A stretch of DNA of 61,847 nt from Gemmatimonadota bacterium (lineage in GTDB: Bacteria > Gemmatimonadota > Gemmatimonadetes > Palauibacterales > Palauibacteraceae): positions 1 through 61,847 of the forward strand of contig JBHIAV010000014.1 of assembly GCA_046758745.1 (NCBI GenBank). The letters run 5' to 3'. A program made the position numbers and the translations under genes. Of this stretch, positions 31,085 to 41,018 are shown in pieces (within the stretch, counting starts at the first letter, position 1; each line of letters begins with the position of its first letter). The notes beneath the pieces were generated by a model. The model worked only from the letters and a program-made list of their open reading frames with translations, ran no database searches and was not told the origin of the DNA.

Positions 31085-32188
31085 TCAGAACTCCACCGCC
31101 ACCCGCCACACCACCTCGTGCCCCGTGTCGGCCAGGAAGAGGAGTCCGAAGGGGGAGGCGGCGAGCCCTCGCGGCAGCCGAAGCGACGTCGCGCCCGCGG
31201 CGAGGAGGTCTCCGTTGAAGGCCGGATCTCCGGTGCCGGCGAAGGTGGTGATCACCCCCGTCGTCAGCCGGACGGTCCGCACCCGGTGGTTCCGGGTGTC
31301 GGCGATGTACAGGGTGCACCCATCGAGGGTGACCGCTACGTCCTCCGGGACGTCCATGGCCGCCTCGACGGCGGGACCGCCGTCTCCGCCGAAGCCGCGC
31401 ACCCCGCTTCCCGCCGCGGTCCCGATGCCCCCGCTGGCCAGGTCGATGACCCGCACCCGATCGTTGCTCGCGTCGGCCACGTAGAGCCACCCCTGCGCGA
31501 GGGCGAGGCCGGCCGGAAGATTCAGCGCCGCGTCCGCCGCCGGTCCCCCATCCCCGGCGAAGCCGGCCTCGCCCGTGCCGCCGAGCGTCCCCAGCGTGCC
31601 ATCGGGCCGGATCGTGCGGATGCGGTGCGCGAGCCGCTCCGAGAAGTAGATGATCCCCCCCGCTCCGACGGCGATGCCGAGCGGCGAAGTCACCGGGGAG
31701 CCGGCCGCCGACGCGCCATCGGGCGTCGTTCCCTGCTCCCCCGTCCCGGCGATGACGGTCGGGAGGCCGGCGGCGATGTCGATCCGCCAGATTCGGTGCC
31801 CCACCGGATCGGCCACCAGCAGCCCTCCCGACCCGTCGAGAGCGAGCCCGGCCGGCCGCTCGAGACAGGGCTCGGTGGTGCAGCGACTGTGGTCGATGAG
31901 CACGCCCATGCGGCCGGAAGAGGTGACCGATACGACGCGGGCGTTGCGCTGATCCGCCACGAACAGGACGCCCTCGTCCCCGATCGCCAGGCCGACCGGG
32001 TCGTCCAGCCGACTGGCGGTGGCAAGCGGGTCGGTCGTGTTGCCGGAGAGATCCGGCATGCCCGCCACGATCCGCATGATCCCCGGGATGTCGCCCACCA
32101 CGGCCAGCGGCTCGTCGCAGGCGGATACGCCGACCGCCAGCGCCACGGCCATCGCCCCGCCGCGCCCGGCGCGCCGGCCGCCCCTCAC
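31085..32188 (-). CDS. NHL-repeat lipoprotein
   Basis: Lipobox VSAC; repeated P.GLA..ADxxNxR.R and GFAGDGGPA motifs; GTGA overlap. Confidence 0.88.
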   Translation of the reverse strand: MRGGRRAGRGGAMAVALAVGVSACDEPLAVVGDIPGIMRIVAGMPDLSGNTTDPLATASRLDDPVGLAIGDEGVLFVADQRNARVVSVTSSGRMGVLIDHSRCTTEPCLERPAGLALDGSGGLLVADPVGHRIWRIDIAAGLPTVIAGTGEQGTTPDGASAAGSPVTSPLGIAVGAGGIIYFSERLAHRIRTIRPDGTLGTLGGTGEAGFAGDGGPAADAALNLPAGLALAQGWLYVADASNDRVRVIDLASGGIGTAAGSGVRGFGGDGGPAVEAAMDVPEDVAVTLDGCTLYIADTRNHRVRTVRLTTGVITTFAGTGDPAFNGDLLAAGATSLRLPRGLAASPFGLLFLADTGHEVVWRVAVEF

Positions 32189-33450
32189 GGAGCGATCCTC
32201 ACCACCCATATGTCGTGCCGACCGGCCGCGTCCGCTCGCGCGAAGGCCAGCTCCGTCCCGTCGGGCGACACGGCGGGCTCGCGGCCGCCCTCCGTCCCCG
32301 ACATCGGTGACTCGGCGCTGCCGTCCCGGCCGATGCGCCAGATCCGGCCGGCGCGCCGGAAGAAGATCGTCCCCCCGTCCGGCGACCACGCCGGTTCGTC
32401 TCCTTCACCGAGCTCCCGTGGATCGCTCCCGTCCGGGTGGATCAGGGTGATGACCCGGCGCGCGATTCGGTAGTCCGTGCGCTCTTCCACGCAGCTCACG
32501 ATTCGGCCCCCCGTTCGAGGGTCGATCGTGAAGTACTCGCACATCGCGTCAACGCCCTGGATGCGCTCGAGCCGAGAGAAGGCGATCCACTCGCCGTCCG
32601 GACTCCACGCCGGCGAGACGCCGTCCTGCGTGTTCGCCACCGGCACGACGCTGCCGTCGGCGAGGCTCCACACGAGAAGGCCGAGCCCGTCGCTGAACAC
32701 CAGGCGGTCTCCGGCGGGCGACCACGAGGGGCGGAAGGGAAGGACGGTCTCCTCGTCGAAGAGCCGCTGGAAGGGGAAGTAGTCGATGACGAACACTCCC
32801 TCCAGGCCGCCGGGATGGCGGCTCGTGTCGAGGAACCGGCCGGGGAAGCTCACCTCGAGCGCGGGGTCCTCGTCGATCGGGCCGGTGGCTGCGAAGGCCC
32901 GCACCCGGAGTACGACGCTCGAAAGGCGCGGCGCGGGGGGCAGCTCCGTCTCCCCCTCGGGAAGGCACTCCACGGCGCCGCTCTCGCACAGCACGCCGCT
33001 GTCGAGGATCGAGATCACCTGCGCGTAGGCGACCCGCGCGCCCCCGGGCGCCACGGCCGGGGTCACCAGCATGCGCGGGGCTCCCGTGGGGAGCTGAACG
33101 GTCGGGAGGAGCGGCTGCGCGACGCCGCCCTCCCGGGGCATCGTCACCAGGACGCCGTCCGTGAGGGGCAGGTGCCCGAACCCCTCGGCCGAATAGAAGA
33201 CGGAGTCGCCCGAGGGAGACCACACGGGCGAGCGGTCCTCGCCCTCGCTGAAGGTGAGCCGGCGCACGTCTCCCGGCGGCAGCGGGTCGGGCGGCCGGAA
33301 CGGCTCGGCCGCTTCCCGGCACGCCGTCCAGCCGAGAGCGGCGAAGGCGAACGCGAGGAGGCCGGCCGCGGGGCGCGAGCGCAAGCCGCCCCACTGCGGG
33401 CTCCGCGGCGTCACGGCCGCCCCGCCGCGCGCCGGCGACCCCGGCCTCAT
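32185..33450 (-). CDS. TolB-like (PD40/WD40) beta-propeller lipoprotein
   Basis: Lipobox-like WTAC; multiple PxWSPDG motifs. Confidence 0.85.
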   Translation of the reverse strand: MRPGSPARGGAAVTPRSPQWGGLRSRPAAGLLAFAFAALGWTACREAAEPFRPPDPLPPGDVRRLTFSEGEDRSPVWSPSGDSVFYSAEGFGHLPLTDGVLVTMPREGGVAQPLLPTVQLPTGAPRMLVTPAVAPGGARVAYAQVISILDSGVLCESGAVECLPEGETELPPAPRLSSVVLRVRAFAATGPIDEDPALEVSFPGRFLDTSRHPGGLEGVFVIDYFPFQRLFDEETVLPFRPSWSPAGDRLVFSDGLGLLVWSLADGSVVPVANTQDGVSPAWSPDGEWIAFSRLERIQGVDAMCEYFTIDPRTGGRIVSCVEERTDYRIARRVITLIHPDGSDPRELGEGDEPAWSPDGGTIFFRRAGRIWRIGRDGSAESPMSGTEGGREPAVSPDGTELAFARADAAGRHDIWVVRIAP

Positions 33451-36299
33451 CGGAACGAGAGCTCCACCCCGAGCCTCACCTGCGTCGCCTCTCCATACAG
33501 GAGGGAGGGATCGTTGCGGTCGAGGGCCGCCGCGAAGCGGGCGGTGGCGAACTCATCCGCCGTGATTCGGCCGTCACGGTCCAGGTCCGCGAGCGGGCTG
33601 TAGCGCGGCGACTCCCTGGGGATCGCCGGCTGGCTGCCCGGCAGCGTCCCCACCAGCTCGTTCACCGTCTGGAGGCTCGGAGCGATCTCTCCCGTGTCGC
33701 GCCGCAGCGCGATGATGTTGTTCCTGCCGAGGATGTTGCGCCCGTCGAGCACGAGCCGCAGGCGGCAGCTCCGGCACCCGGGGAAGGAGCCTATCTCCCG
33801 CGTCACGCGAAGGTCGAGGCTCACGGTCCACGGCAGGCGCTCCAGCGCCGGGGGGCCTTCCACGGGATCGGTCACGATCCGGCGGTCGAGGGGAAAGCCG
33901 CTCTGCACCATGGCGGTAAGGACGCCTCCCCATCCGGTGCGCGACCCTCCCGCCGCCCGACCGGCGAGGAATGTCAGGTCGACCGAGTGACGCCGGTCGA
34001 AGGCGAGGGGGAACTCCACCCCCTGGCCGGCTTCGATCGTCGTGGTATCGTTTCCGATGCCGGAGGTGATCCCGGTCGCCCGCTGCAGGGCGTAACCGGC
34101 CCTCAGCTCTCCCCACAGCCACCGCGTCCGAACGGTGAGCTCCGCGCCCTGAACGGTACCGTGGTCCCCCGTGGTGAACTGGCCCGGCTGCGTGCCGGCG
34201 AACCGAACGTTGCCCGTCACCAGGTCGGTGAGCTCCTTCCGGAACAGCGTCAGCCCGACCCCCACGACGTCCTCGAAGAGGTGGCTGAAGCCGAGCTCGA
34301 AGGAGCGTCCCTCCTCGAACGCCAGGTTGGGATTGCCCTGACGTCGTATGTCGGTGCGCAGCGAATCGCCGATCGTGTTGTCGAGGAAGAACTGGAAGTC
34401 GGGAGGCTGCGCCACGCGCGTGAAGTTGAAACGAAAGGCGCTCCGGCCGGCCGAGTTCCGGAACGCCCCCGCCACGCCGAAACGGGGCATGAAGCTTACC
34501 TTCCAATCGGTGTCGATGACGGGGGCGAGGAAGTCGGCCCGGTCGCGACGGAGCTTGAGACCCGAACGGAAGCTCTCGACCCGTACCCCGAGCGTGACGG
34601 CGATCGGCTCCTCCGGCTCGAGGCGTACCTCCGCGAACCCGCCCAGGGTGGCGGGGTGGAAGCGCGCGAAGTTGGGAGCCGAGCCGGGGAGGAAGCTCCG
34701 CGTCCGCTCGTAGCTCTCCACCTCGTAGAACCTCCCGGACGCGCCTGCCCGGAGCGCGGTGCCGGAGGCCGAGAGGAACTCCCCGACCACGTCGCCGCCG
34801 AGGAAATCGGAGCGGCTCCAGTTCGCGATGCCGGGAGTCCCCTCCGTCACGAAGATCGCCTCGGCAGCCGGTCCGAACGGCGATCCCAGCGAGCCCTGTG
34901 GCTCCACGTACCCCGGCACGGCGAGCCCGGAATCGAGCTGCTCCTCGATCGGGGAGCGCACGAAGTCCTCGCCGAGAAACTCGAAGTCCGAGAAGCCGAA
35001 GCCCGCCACCTCGAGGCGGTCCTCCAGAGTCTCCGCGTCGAGCACGCCCAGATACCGGTCGAGCCGCTGCGCGGCGAAGCGGACCGTCAGATGGGTGGCG
35101 CGTCCCTCCCGGTGCGAGGTGAGATCGAGGGTGAGGGTGCCGAGATTCCCGGTGGTTCGTCGACCGAGCTGATGGCGAGGGTTGTACTTGAACTCGGGCG
35201 TGTACAGCTCGTTCTGGGTGCGGTTGCGCAGGAGGGTGGCCGTGAGCATCGCTCCGCTGGAGATCGGTCGATCGAGACGGAGGAAGCCGATCAGCTTGTC
35301 CCCCTCCTGGTTGGGAAGCGCCTGCCGCTCGAACGGACAGTGCAGATGCGCCGTCGCGGCATCCGCCGCTAGCGCCGTGATCTCCGCCGCCAGCTCCGGA
35401 TCGGCATCCTCCGGGCGCAGGCAGGTCAGCCCCCGGGCGCGCGGGTCCGCATCGCGGAAGCCTTGCAGGAAGAGGTCGGCGAAGAGCGTCGACCCGGCTC
35501 CGAGGAAGCCGAGCGGCCCCCCCACGGTCACGGTGGCGCCGGTGAAACCCGTGAAGATCTCGCTCGGCGCCCACTGGTCGCTGAGCACGGATGCCGCGCC
35601 CTCCCAGCGCTCCGGGTTCCCCCGCCGCGTGACGTAGCTGACCACGCCGGAGAGGGCCGATCCGTACTCGGCCCCGAACCCGCCCGTCACGACTTCGAGC
35701 GCTTCGAGAGAGGTGGGGGAGAGCTCGATGCCGGGGCCCTGCAACGAGCTCTCGAGCTGGTTCTTGATCGCGATCCCGTCGACCACGTAGGTCTCCTGCC
35801 CGATCCTGCCGCCACGGAACCGGCCGTCCGACACGCCGGTGGTCAGCTCGATCGCTTCTCGCACCGCCGTGACGGGCAGCTCGCGCAGCTCGCGCCCGCT
35901 CAAGATCTCGCGCGACTCGCTCACCTCAGGCTCGATGAGCGGCTGGCGCTCGGCGTCGACCACGATCGGCTCGACCGCGATCGCGGTCGGCTCCAGCCGT
36001 ACCTCCACCTCGATGGCGCGGCCTCCGGGCACCGACACGCCCTGAAGCGTGACCGGCTTGTAGCCCACCAGCCGGAACTGCAAGTCCTGGCGGCCCGCCG
36101 TCACGCCTGCGAGGACGAAGCGACCATCCGGGGCCGTGATCGTTTCCCGGCGGAGGTGCACCGCGCGCACCAGGGTGCCGCCGAGCGGCTCAGCCGTCAT
36201 CCCATCCGTCACCCTTCCGAGGATGGTGCCGGTGGTCTGGCCGGCGGCCGGGCCGGCCGCGAGGAGGAGCGTGAGCAGAAATGTCGCGCCGGCCTTCAC
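33447..36299 (-). CDS. TonB-dependent receptor with carboxypeptidase-regulatory-like N-domain and C-terminal EF-hand-like loop
   Basis: Signal ..PAAG|Q; TGTILGRVTD; plug FRGGR..YVVDG, VTGGFGAEYGSALSGVV; GNPNL; C-terminal GVELSF. Confidence 0.88.
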   Translation of the reverse strand: MKAGATFLLTLLLAAGPAAGQTTGTILGRVTDGMTAEPLGGTLVRAVHLRRETITAPDGRFVLAGVTAGRQDLQFRLVGYKPVTLQGVSVPGGRAIEVEVRLEPTAIAVEPIVVDAERQPLIEPEVSESREILSGRELRELPVTAVREAIELTTGVSDGRFRGGRIGQETYVVDGIAIKNQLESSLQGPGIELSPTSLEALEVVTGGFGAEYGSALSGVVSYVTRRGNPERWEGAASVLSDQWAPSEIFTGFTGATVTVGGPLGFLGAGSTLFADLFLQGFRDADPRARGLTCLRPEDADPELAAEITALAADAATAHLHCPFERQALPNQEGDKLIGFLRLDRPISSGAMLTATLLRNRTQNELYTPEFKYNPRHQLGRRTTGNLGTLTLDLTSHREGRATHLTVRFAAQRLDRYLGVLDAETLEDRLEVAGFGFSDFEFLGEDFVRSPIEEQLDSGLAVPGYVEPQGSLGSPFGPAAEAIFVTEGTPGIANWSRSDFLGGDVVGEFLSASGTALRAGASGRFYEVESYERTRSFLPGSAPNFARFHPATLGGFAEVRLEPEEPIAVTLGVRVESFRSGLKLRRDRADFLAPVIDTDWKVSFMPRFGVAGAFRNSAGRSAFRFNFTRVAQPPDFQFFLDNTIGDSLRTDIRRQGNPNLAFEEGRSFELGFSHLFEDVVGVGLTLFRKELTDLVTGNVRFAGTQPGQFTTGDHGTVQGAELTVRTRWLWGELRAGYALQRATGITSGIGNDTTTIEAGQGVEFPLAFDRRHSVDLTFLAGRAAGGSRTGWGGVLTAMVQSGFPLDRRIVTDPVEGPPALERLPWTVSLDLRVTREIGSFPGCRSCRLRLVLDGRNILGRNNIIALRRDTGEIAPSLQTVNELVGTLPGSQPAIPRESPRYSPLADLDRDGRITADEFATARFAAALDRNDPSLLYGEATQVRLGVELSFR

Positions 36300-36300
36300 G

Positions 36301-36843
36301 CTACCGTTCGCCTCGGAACCGCACCGTGACCTCCGATTGGACGCCGCCACACTCTCCGAGAAACGTCGAAGCGGCGGCGATCGCGTCTCCGCTCAGCGAG
36401 CCGCCGAACGCGTTGCCCCCGATGAGAAAGACGCACCCGGTAAGGTCCTCGAAGTCGTTCTCGCTTCCGCCCGGTACGATCACCAGGAGGACCAGGGCGC
36501 CTCCGGTCCGGACCTCCCCGTCGATCGGACCCGCCTGCTCCTCGCAGCCGTCCCCCGGCCGAATCATGAAGCTGCCGGACAGCCTGCCGCTCTCCGTCTG
36601 CCCCTCGATGGTGAGGCTCCCCGCGCACGAGTCGACCGCGCTCTCCCCGGTCACGAGGACCTTTCGCTCCACCTCCCACACGCCCTCGAAGCTCCCCCGG
36701 GCGTCCGGCAGGCTAGCCGTCGGCTTCATCGCATCGTCCCCGCCGCATGCCGGAAGCAGGCCGGCGATCAGCGCGAGGGCGAGGACGGAGCTTCGGCTGC
36801 GCGACGCTGGCGGCGAGGCGGCAGGAAGGGTTCGGCCGGCCAT
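36301..36843 (-). CDS. Hypothetical lipoprotein
   Basis: Signal VLALALIAGLLPAC-GGDD; four mature Cys; abuts receptor start. Confidence 0.7.
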   Translation of the reverse strand: MAGRTLPAASPPASRSRSSVLALALIAGLLPACGGDDAMKPTASLPDARGSFEGVWEVERKVLVTGESAVDSCAGSLTIEGQTESGRLSGSFMIRPGDGCEEQAGPIDGEVRTGGALVLLVIVPGGSENDFEDLTGCVFLIGGNAFGGSLSGDAIAAASTFLGECGGVQSEVTVRFRGER

Positions 36844-36851
36844 GCCGGCGC

Positions 36852-38978
36852 TCAGCGGGGGAACGCTTCGGGGAGACCGCCGTCGACCGGGAGGGTCGCT
36901 CCGGTGGTGGGGGTCGCTCCGCTGGCGAAGAAGACCACCGCGTTTCCCACATGTCGCCCGGTGACGCGCGCCTTCAGGAGGTTGCGTTTCCGGTAGTAGT
37001 CTGGCAGCTCCTCGAGCGGCATCCCTCGGGCCTTCGCCCTCTCCGGACCGACCGTTTCCCACAGGCCCGACGGGTGCGCCGCATCGCCGAACACCGCGTC
37101 GGCGTTGATCATGTTCACCCGGATGCCGTGCTCGGCGAGCTCCAGCGCGGCGACCTTGCCGAGCTGGTGCCCGGCCGCCTTGGAAGCGCTGTACGCGGCG
37201 AATTCTCGGCCGGGCGCGAAGACGTTCTTGCTGGCGTTGATCACGATGTGGCCGCCGATGCCCTGCGCCTTGAGGATCCGGATCCCTTCCTGCATGAAGA
37301 GGAGGTATCCGAAGAGGTTGATGTCCATCACGAGCCGGAACTCGGCCGGATCCATCGAGTCGATCGGCGCGGCCCGGGCGATGCCGGCGTTCGGTACGAC
37401 AACGTCCACCCCACCGAAAAGCTGACACATCCGCTCGAACCCCGATCGGACGCTGGCCGGGTCCGTGACGTCCATCACCAGCCCGGCGGCGCGGCCCGCG
37501 CCCCACCGCGTCTCGAGCTCCTCTACCGTTCGGCGCAGGCGCGCCTCGTCCACGTCCGCCAGGGCCACGTGCGCCCCGGCCGCCGCGCAGCGGTCTGCCA
37601 CCCCCGCCCCGATGGCGCCGGCCCCGCCGCTGATCGCCACGATGCGGCCGGTGAGCGGCATCTCCTCTTCCGGCGGGAGCTTGGCCAGTTGGAGCCCCCG
37701 GAACTCCATCTCGAAGAGATGCTCCGGCGGGAGCGCCCGGTATCCACCGATGAGGTGCGCCGTCTCCTTGACGGCCAGCGTGTGCTCGGTCACGTCGGCC
37801 GCGATGCGGGCGTCCTCGCGGGTGGGACCCCAGCAGAACGCCCCGGCGCCGGGGAGGAGGACGACCGCGGGAGAGGTGTCGGCCTCACGCGCCGCCTCCG
37901 GCGGACCGCCGGCCGGCGTGTCTACCGCAAGGTGCGCCTCGATGTAGCGCCGGTACGCCTGCCGGTAGCTCCCGACAGCCTCTCGCAGCAGCTCTTTGAG
38001 GGCCGCCGGGTTCTCCCATTCCGGGTCGCGCACGTACAGCGCGTGCGTGCGTGTCCGAATCAGATGATCCGTCACCAGAGGACCCGTCGCGGCGAGCTCT
38101 CCCGCCTCGGCGCTGTTCACGAAGCGAAGGACATCCTCCCCGGCCCGCCAATCCAGGATGGGCGCGCGGTAGGGTCGGTCCTCGTCCTCGGTCGCCGTCG
38201 CCAGGAGCCCGCGGAGGATCGGGGCGACCCGGGCTGCCAGCTCCCCCGGCGGAGCCGTCGTCCGGAACGACGTCGTGAGCTTCCGATCCCCTCGCCGCCG
38301 CGCCGCCAGCAGCTCGCATGCATCCACGATCTCGATGTGGCGCTCGTACGCGCTACGAGCGTCCTCCCCGCCGGTGAAGAGGCCGTGATGTAGGAGGACG
38401 AACGCGTCGGCCGCGGGCTCTTGCTCGTGCGCCTCCGCCATGGCGATCGCCAGCTCGAAGCCGGGGCGCACGTACGGGACGATGACGACCCCCTCGCCGA
38501 CCGCCTCCCGGACCATGGCCTCGCCCCCCGGCTGGTTCGTCAGGGCCAGGACGGCGTCCGCATGGGAATGGTCGATGTAGCGGTGGGGGAGGAAGGCGTG
38601 CACCAGGGTCTCGATCGAGGGGAGCGGAGCGTCCGCGTCGAAAGCGGCCCGGCGGAGCTCGTTCACCATCTCCGCGTCGGTGAGGGAGGGCAGCGCGCGG
38701 AGGCGACGAAGCGGCGTGAGCTCAAGAGCGGCGAGGTCCGCCGGCTCAAGCCCGGCGAGGTCCCGCCCGGATCCCTTGACCAGGATGGCCTCGACGTATT
38801 CGCCGAGGACGGTCCGGAGGCGCCGCTTGAGCGAGACGTTCCCACCGCCGTGCAGGACCAGCGCCGGGTCCGCCCCGATGAGCCGCGCGGTGTAGAGCCG
38901 AAGCGCGACGTCCTCACCGCACCCCTCCCACCGCTCGATCGCCTCGCGGGCCTCCCCCTCGCTCCAGCGGCTCCTCAT
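36852..38978 (-). CDS. Bifunctional class II aldolase / short-chain dehydrogenase (RhaD-SDR-like)
   Basis: LVLHGGGNVS, VKGSG, PSIETLVH, HSH; SDR GGAGAIG, PNAG, YSASK, DGG. Confidence 0.9.
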   Translation of the reverse strand: MRSRWSEGEAREAIERWEGCGEDVALRLYTARLIGADPALVLHGGGNVSLKRRLRTVLGEYVEAILVKGSGRDLAGLEPADLAALELTPLRRLRALPSLTDAEMVNELRRAAFDADAPLPSIETLVHAFLPHRYIDHSHADAVLALTNQPGGEAMVREAVGEGVVIVPYVRPGFELAIAMAEAHEQEPAADAFVLLHHGLFTGGEDARSAYERHIEIVDACELLAARRRGDRKLTTSFRTTAPPGELAARVAPILRGLLATATEDEDRPYRAPILDWRAGEDVLRFVNSAEAGELAATGPLVTDHLIRTRTHALYVRDPEWENPAALKELLREAVGSYRQAYRRYIEAHLAVDTPAGGPPEAAREADTSPAVVLLPGAGAFCWGPTREDARIAADVTEHTLAVKETAHLIGGYRALPPEHLFEMEFRGLQLAKLPPEEEMPLTGRIVAISGGAGAIGAGVADRCAAAGAHVALADVDEARLRRTVEELETRWGAGRAAGLVMDVTDPASVRSGFERMCQLFGGVDVVVPNAGIARAAPIDSMDPAEFRLVMDINLFGYLLFMQEGIRILKAQGIGGHIVINASKNVFAPGREFAAYSASKAAGHQLGKVAALELAEHGIRVNMINADAVFGDAAHPSGLWETVGPERAKARGMPLEELPDYYRKRNLLKARVTGRHVGNAVVFFASGATPTTGATLPVDGGLPEAFPR

Positions 38979-39096
38979 CGCCCGGCCCTCGTCACGCCGA
39001 AGGCCGACCCGCCTCCCCGAGGAGCCGTGTCCGGGCGCCGCTCCTCACGCCCCGTCGCCCCGCGCTCGGACGCCCGGGCGAGAGCCAAGGCGCAGC

Positions 39097-39906
39097 TCAG
39101 GCGGTGGCTCCCGCTCCCTCCGGGGCGTGAGCCAGCTCCTCTAACAGCTCCCACGCCTCCTCCGTCGACAGCCCCTCCTGGACGATGCCCCGCACCGCGC
39201 GGATCATCGCGACCGGCCATTCCGACTGGAAGATGTTGCGGCCCATGTCGACCCCGGACGCTCCCTCCCGCACCGCGTTCGCGGCGAGCTCGAGGGCCTT
39301 GCGCTCCTCGATCTTCTTCCCCCCCGCGATGACCACCGGGACGGGGCACCCACGCACGACCGTCTCGAAGCTCTCGCAGTAGTAGGTCTTCACGAGCTGC
39401 GCTCCGAGCTCGGCGGCGATCCGACAGGCGAGCCCGAGGTAGCGGGCGTCGCGGGTCATCTCCTTCCCGACCGCCGTCACCGCGAGCACGGGAAGACCGT
39501 ATCGGCGGCCTTCATCGCACAGGCGGGCCAGGTTGGCGAGCGTTTGCTTCTCGTGCGGCGCGCCGACGAAGATCGAGAGGGTGACGGCGGAGGCGTTGAG
39601 CCTGATCGCGTCCTCGATCGATACGGTGATCTCCTCGTCCGAGAGGTCTTCCTTGAGGATGCTCGTGCCGCCGGACACCCGGAGCACGATCGGTGTTCTG
39701 TCGGCTGGATCCACGCAGTTTCGCAACACCCCCCGCGTGAGCATCAGGGCGTCGGCGTAGGGAAGCAGCGGTGCGATCGTCTTCCCCGGGTCCTCGAGGC
39801 CGGTGGTGGGCCCCTGGAAGTAGCCGTGATCCACGGCCAGCATCACACAGCGGCCGGTGTCCCGCCGAAGGATCCCCGCCAGCCGGTTGCTCATCCCCCA
39901 GTCCAT
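39097..39906 (-). CDS. lsrF: LsrF-like class I aldolase/thiolase
   Basis: MDWGM.NRL, LAVDHGYFQGPTTGLE, AAELGA..VKTYY, VIAGGKK, GVDMGRNIFQS. Confidence 0.88.
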   Translation of the reverse strand: MDWGMSNRLAGILRRDTGRCVMLAVDHGYFQGPTTGLEDPGKTIAPLLPYADALMLTRGVLRNCVDPADRTPIVLRVSGGTSILKEDLSDEEITVSIEDAIRLNASAVTLSIFVGAPHEKQTLANLARLCDEGRRYGLPVLAVTAVGKEMTRDARYLGLACRIAAELGAQLVKTYYCESFETVVRGCPVPVVIAGGKKIEERKALELAANAVREGASGVDMGRNIFQSEWPVAMIRAVRGIVQEGLSTEEAWELLEELAHAPEGAGATA

Positions 39907-40118
39907 GTGTTTCCTCCGTGGCTGCGCGATCTCGATCTCCCGCACGTTCCTGACGGACGCCCCCGACCGACGGCGGGGGACGTGGCGGCGACGCCGGTGA
40001 GGAAATTAGGGGCGTGAAGGCCGCGGGGACAGAAAGGTTGGCGACGGGCCGGCCCGCGCCGCGGTCTCATGGCCGCTGGAGGGTCGCGCTCAGCCGACCC
40101 TCGCGTGCTACCGTCGGA

Positions 40119-40520
40119 TCAGCCGTCTTCCCGCACCACGATCACGGCCTTCATGAACGGGTGCGGGTTGCAGTGATACGAGAAACGACCCGGCGATTCG
40201 AAGGTGAACTCGTACGTCTCGCCCGGCCCGATCAGCGGCGACCCCCAGTCGCCTCGGTCCGACGTGCTCGTGTGCCCGACGGGATCCTTGTTCACCCAGC
40301 GCACGGTCGTGCCCACCGGGATCGTGAGCTCCCTGCGGCCAAAGCTGAAGCGCGAGATCTCGATCTCGACGACCCGGCGGCCGTCGACCGACGGGCCGGG
40401 CCCGCCGTCGGTGCGTTCCGTGAGGGGCTGTGCTCCCGCCGGAGCCGCGGCGAACAGGCCCGCGACGAGAGCCGGCAGGAGCACCCGCTGACGGGTGCCG
40501 GCCCACTCGTTCCACTTCAT
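40119..40520 (-). CDS. Exported cupredoxin (amicyanin/plastocyanin-like)
   Basis: Signal ..PAGA|Q; GTTVRWVN.D..GHT; YHCNPHPFM. Confidence 0.9.
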   Translation of the reverse strand: MKWNEWAGTRQRVLLPALVAGLFAAAPAGAQPLTERTDGGPGPSVDGRRVVEIEISRFSFGRRELTIPVGTTVRWVNKDPVGHTSTSDRGDWGSPLIGPGETYEFTFESPGRFSYHCNPHPFMKAVIVVREDG

Positions 40521-40561
40521 CCGATCCTCCCGAACGTGGTCCCACCGGCTCTCGACTCGCG

Positions 40562-40587
40562 AACCGTCCAGAAGAGCGCCGGGTTCC
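40562..40587 (-). promoter_or_regulatory. Candidate ECF promoter GGAAC-N18-GTT upstream of cupredoxin
   Basis: Minus strand GGAAC ccggcgctcttctggacg GTT. Confidence 0.55.
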
Positions 40588-40751
40588 ACTCCGGCGTCGG
40601 CCGCGCGGCCGCCTTCACGAAGGCCGCCTCCTCGAGGGAGCCCTCTGGAAGCCTTGCGCTCGGGCGACCGGCTCCTCCAGCCTGGAGAAGTGTCGGGCAG
40701 CCCGCCGGCCGCCCAGTTGGAAAGCCGATGGAAGGGTCGGACGCGAGGGAT

Positions 40752-41018
40752 CTACGCGCCGTCCGCCGCGTCGATCCGCTCGAGCTCGGCGAGCTTCCGG
40801 GAGATTCGGGCCATCAGATCCTCGGGGACCTGGATCCGCCGGATCTTGGCGCGCAGCTCCGCCACCACGCTCGCCTCGAACCGGTACTCGCTGGCGCACG
40901 CTGCGCATCGCTCGAGGTGGTCCTCGACGAGCCTGACCTCCCCCGGGCTCAGCTCCCGGTCCACGAAGTCGTCGAGCCGCCGGAAGACCTCCCGGCAGGT
41001 AAAGCGGTCCATAGCCAT
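40752..41018 (-). CDS. Soluble ZAS anti-sigma factor (RsrA/RshA-like)
   Basis: TCREV..FVDREL..HLERCAAC; no TM; TGATG-coupled to sigma. Confidence 0.88.
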   Translation of the reverse strand: MAMDRFTCREVFRRLDDFVDRELSPGEVRLVEDHLERCAACASEYRFEASVVAELRAKIRRIQVPEDLMARISRKLAELERIDAADGA

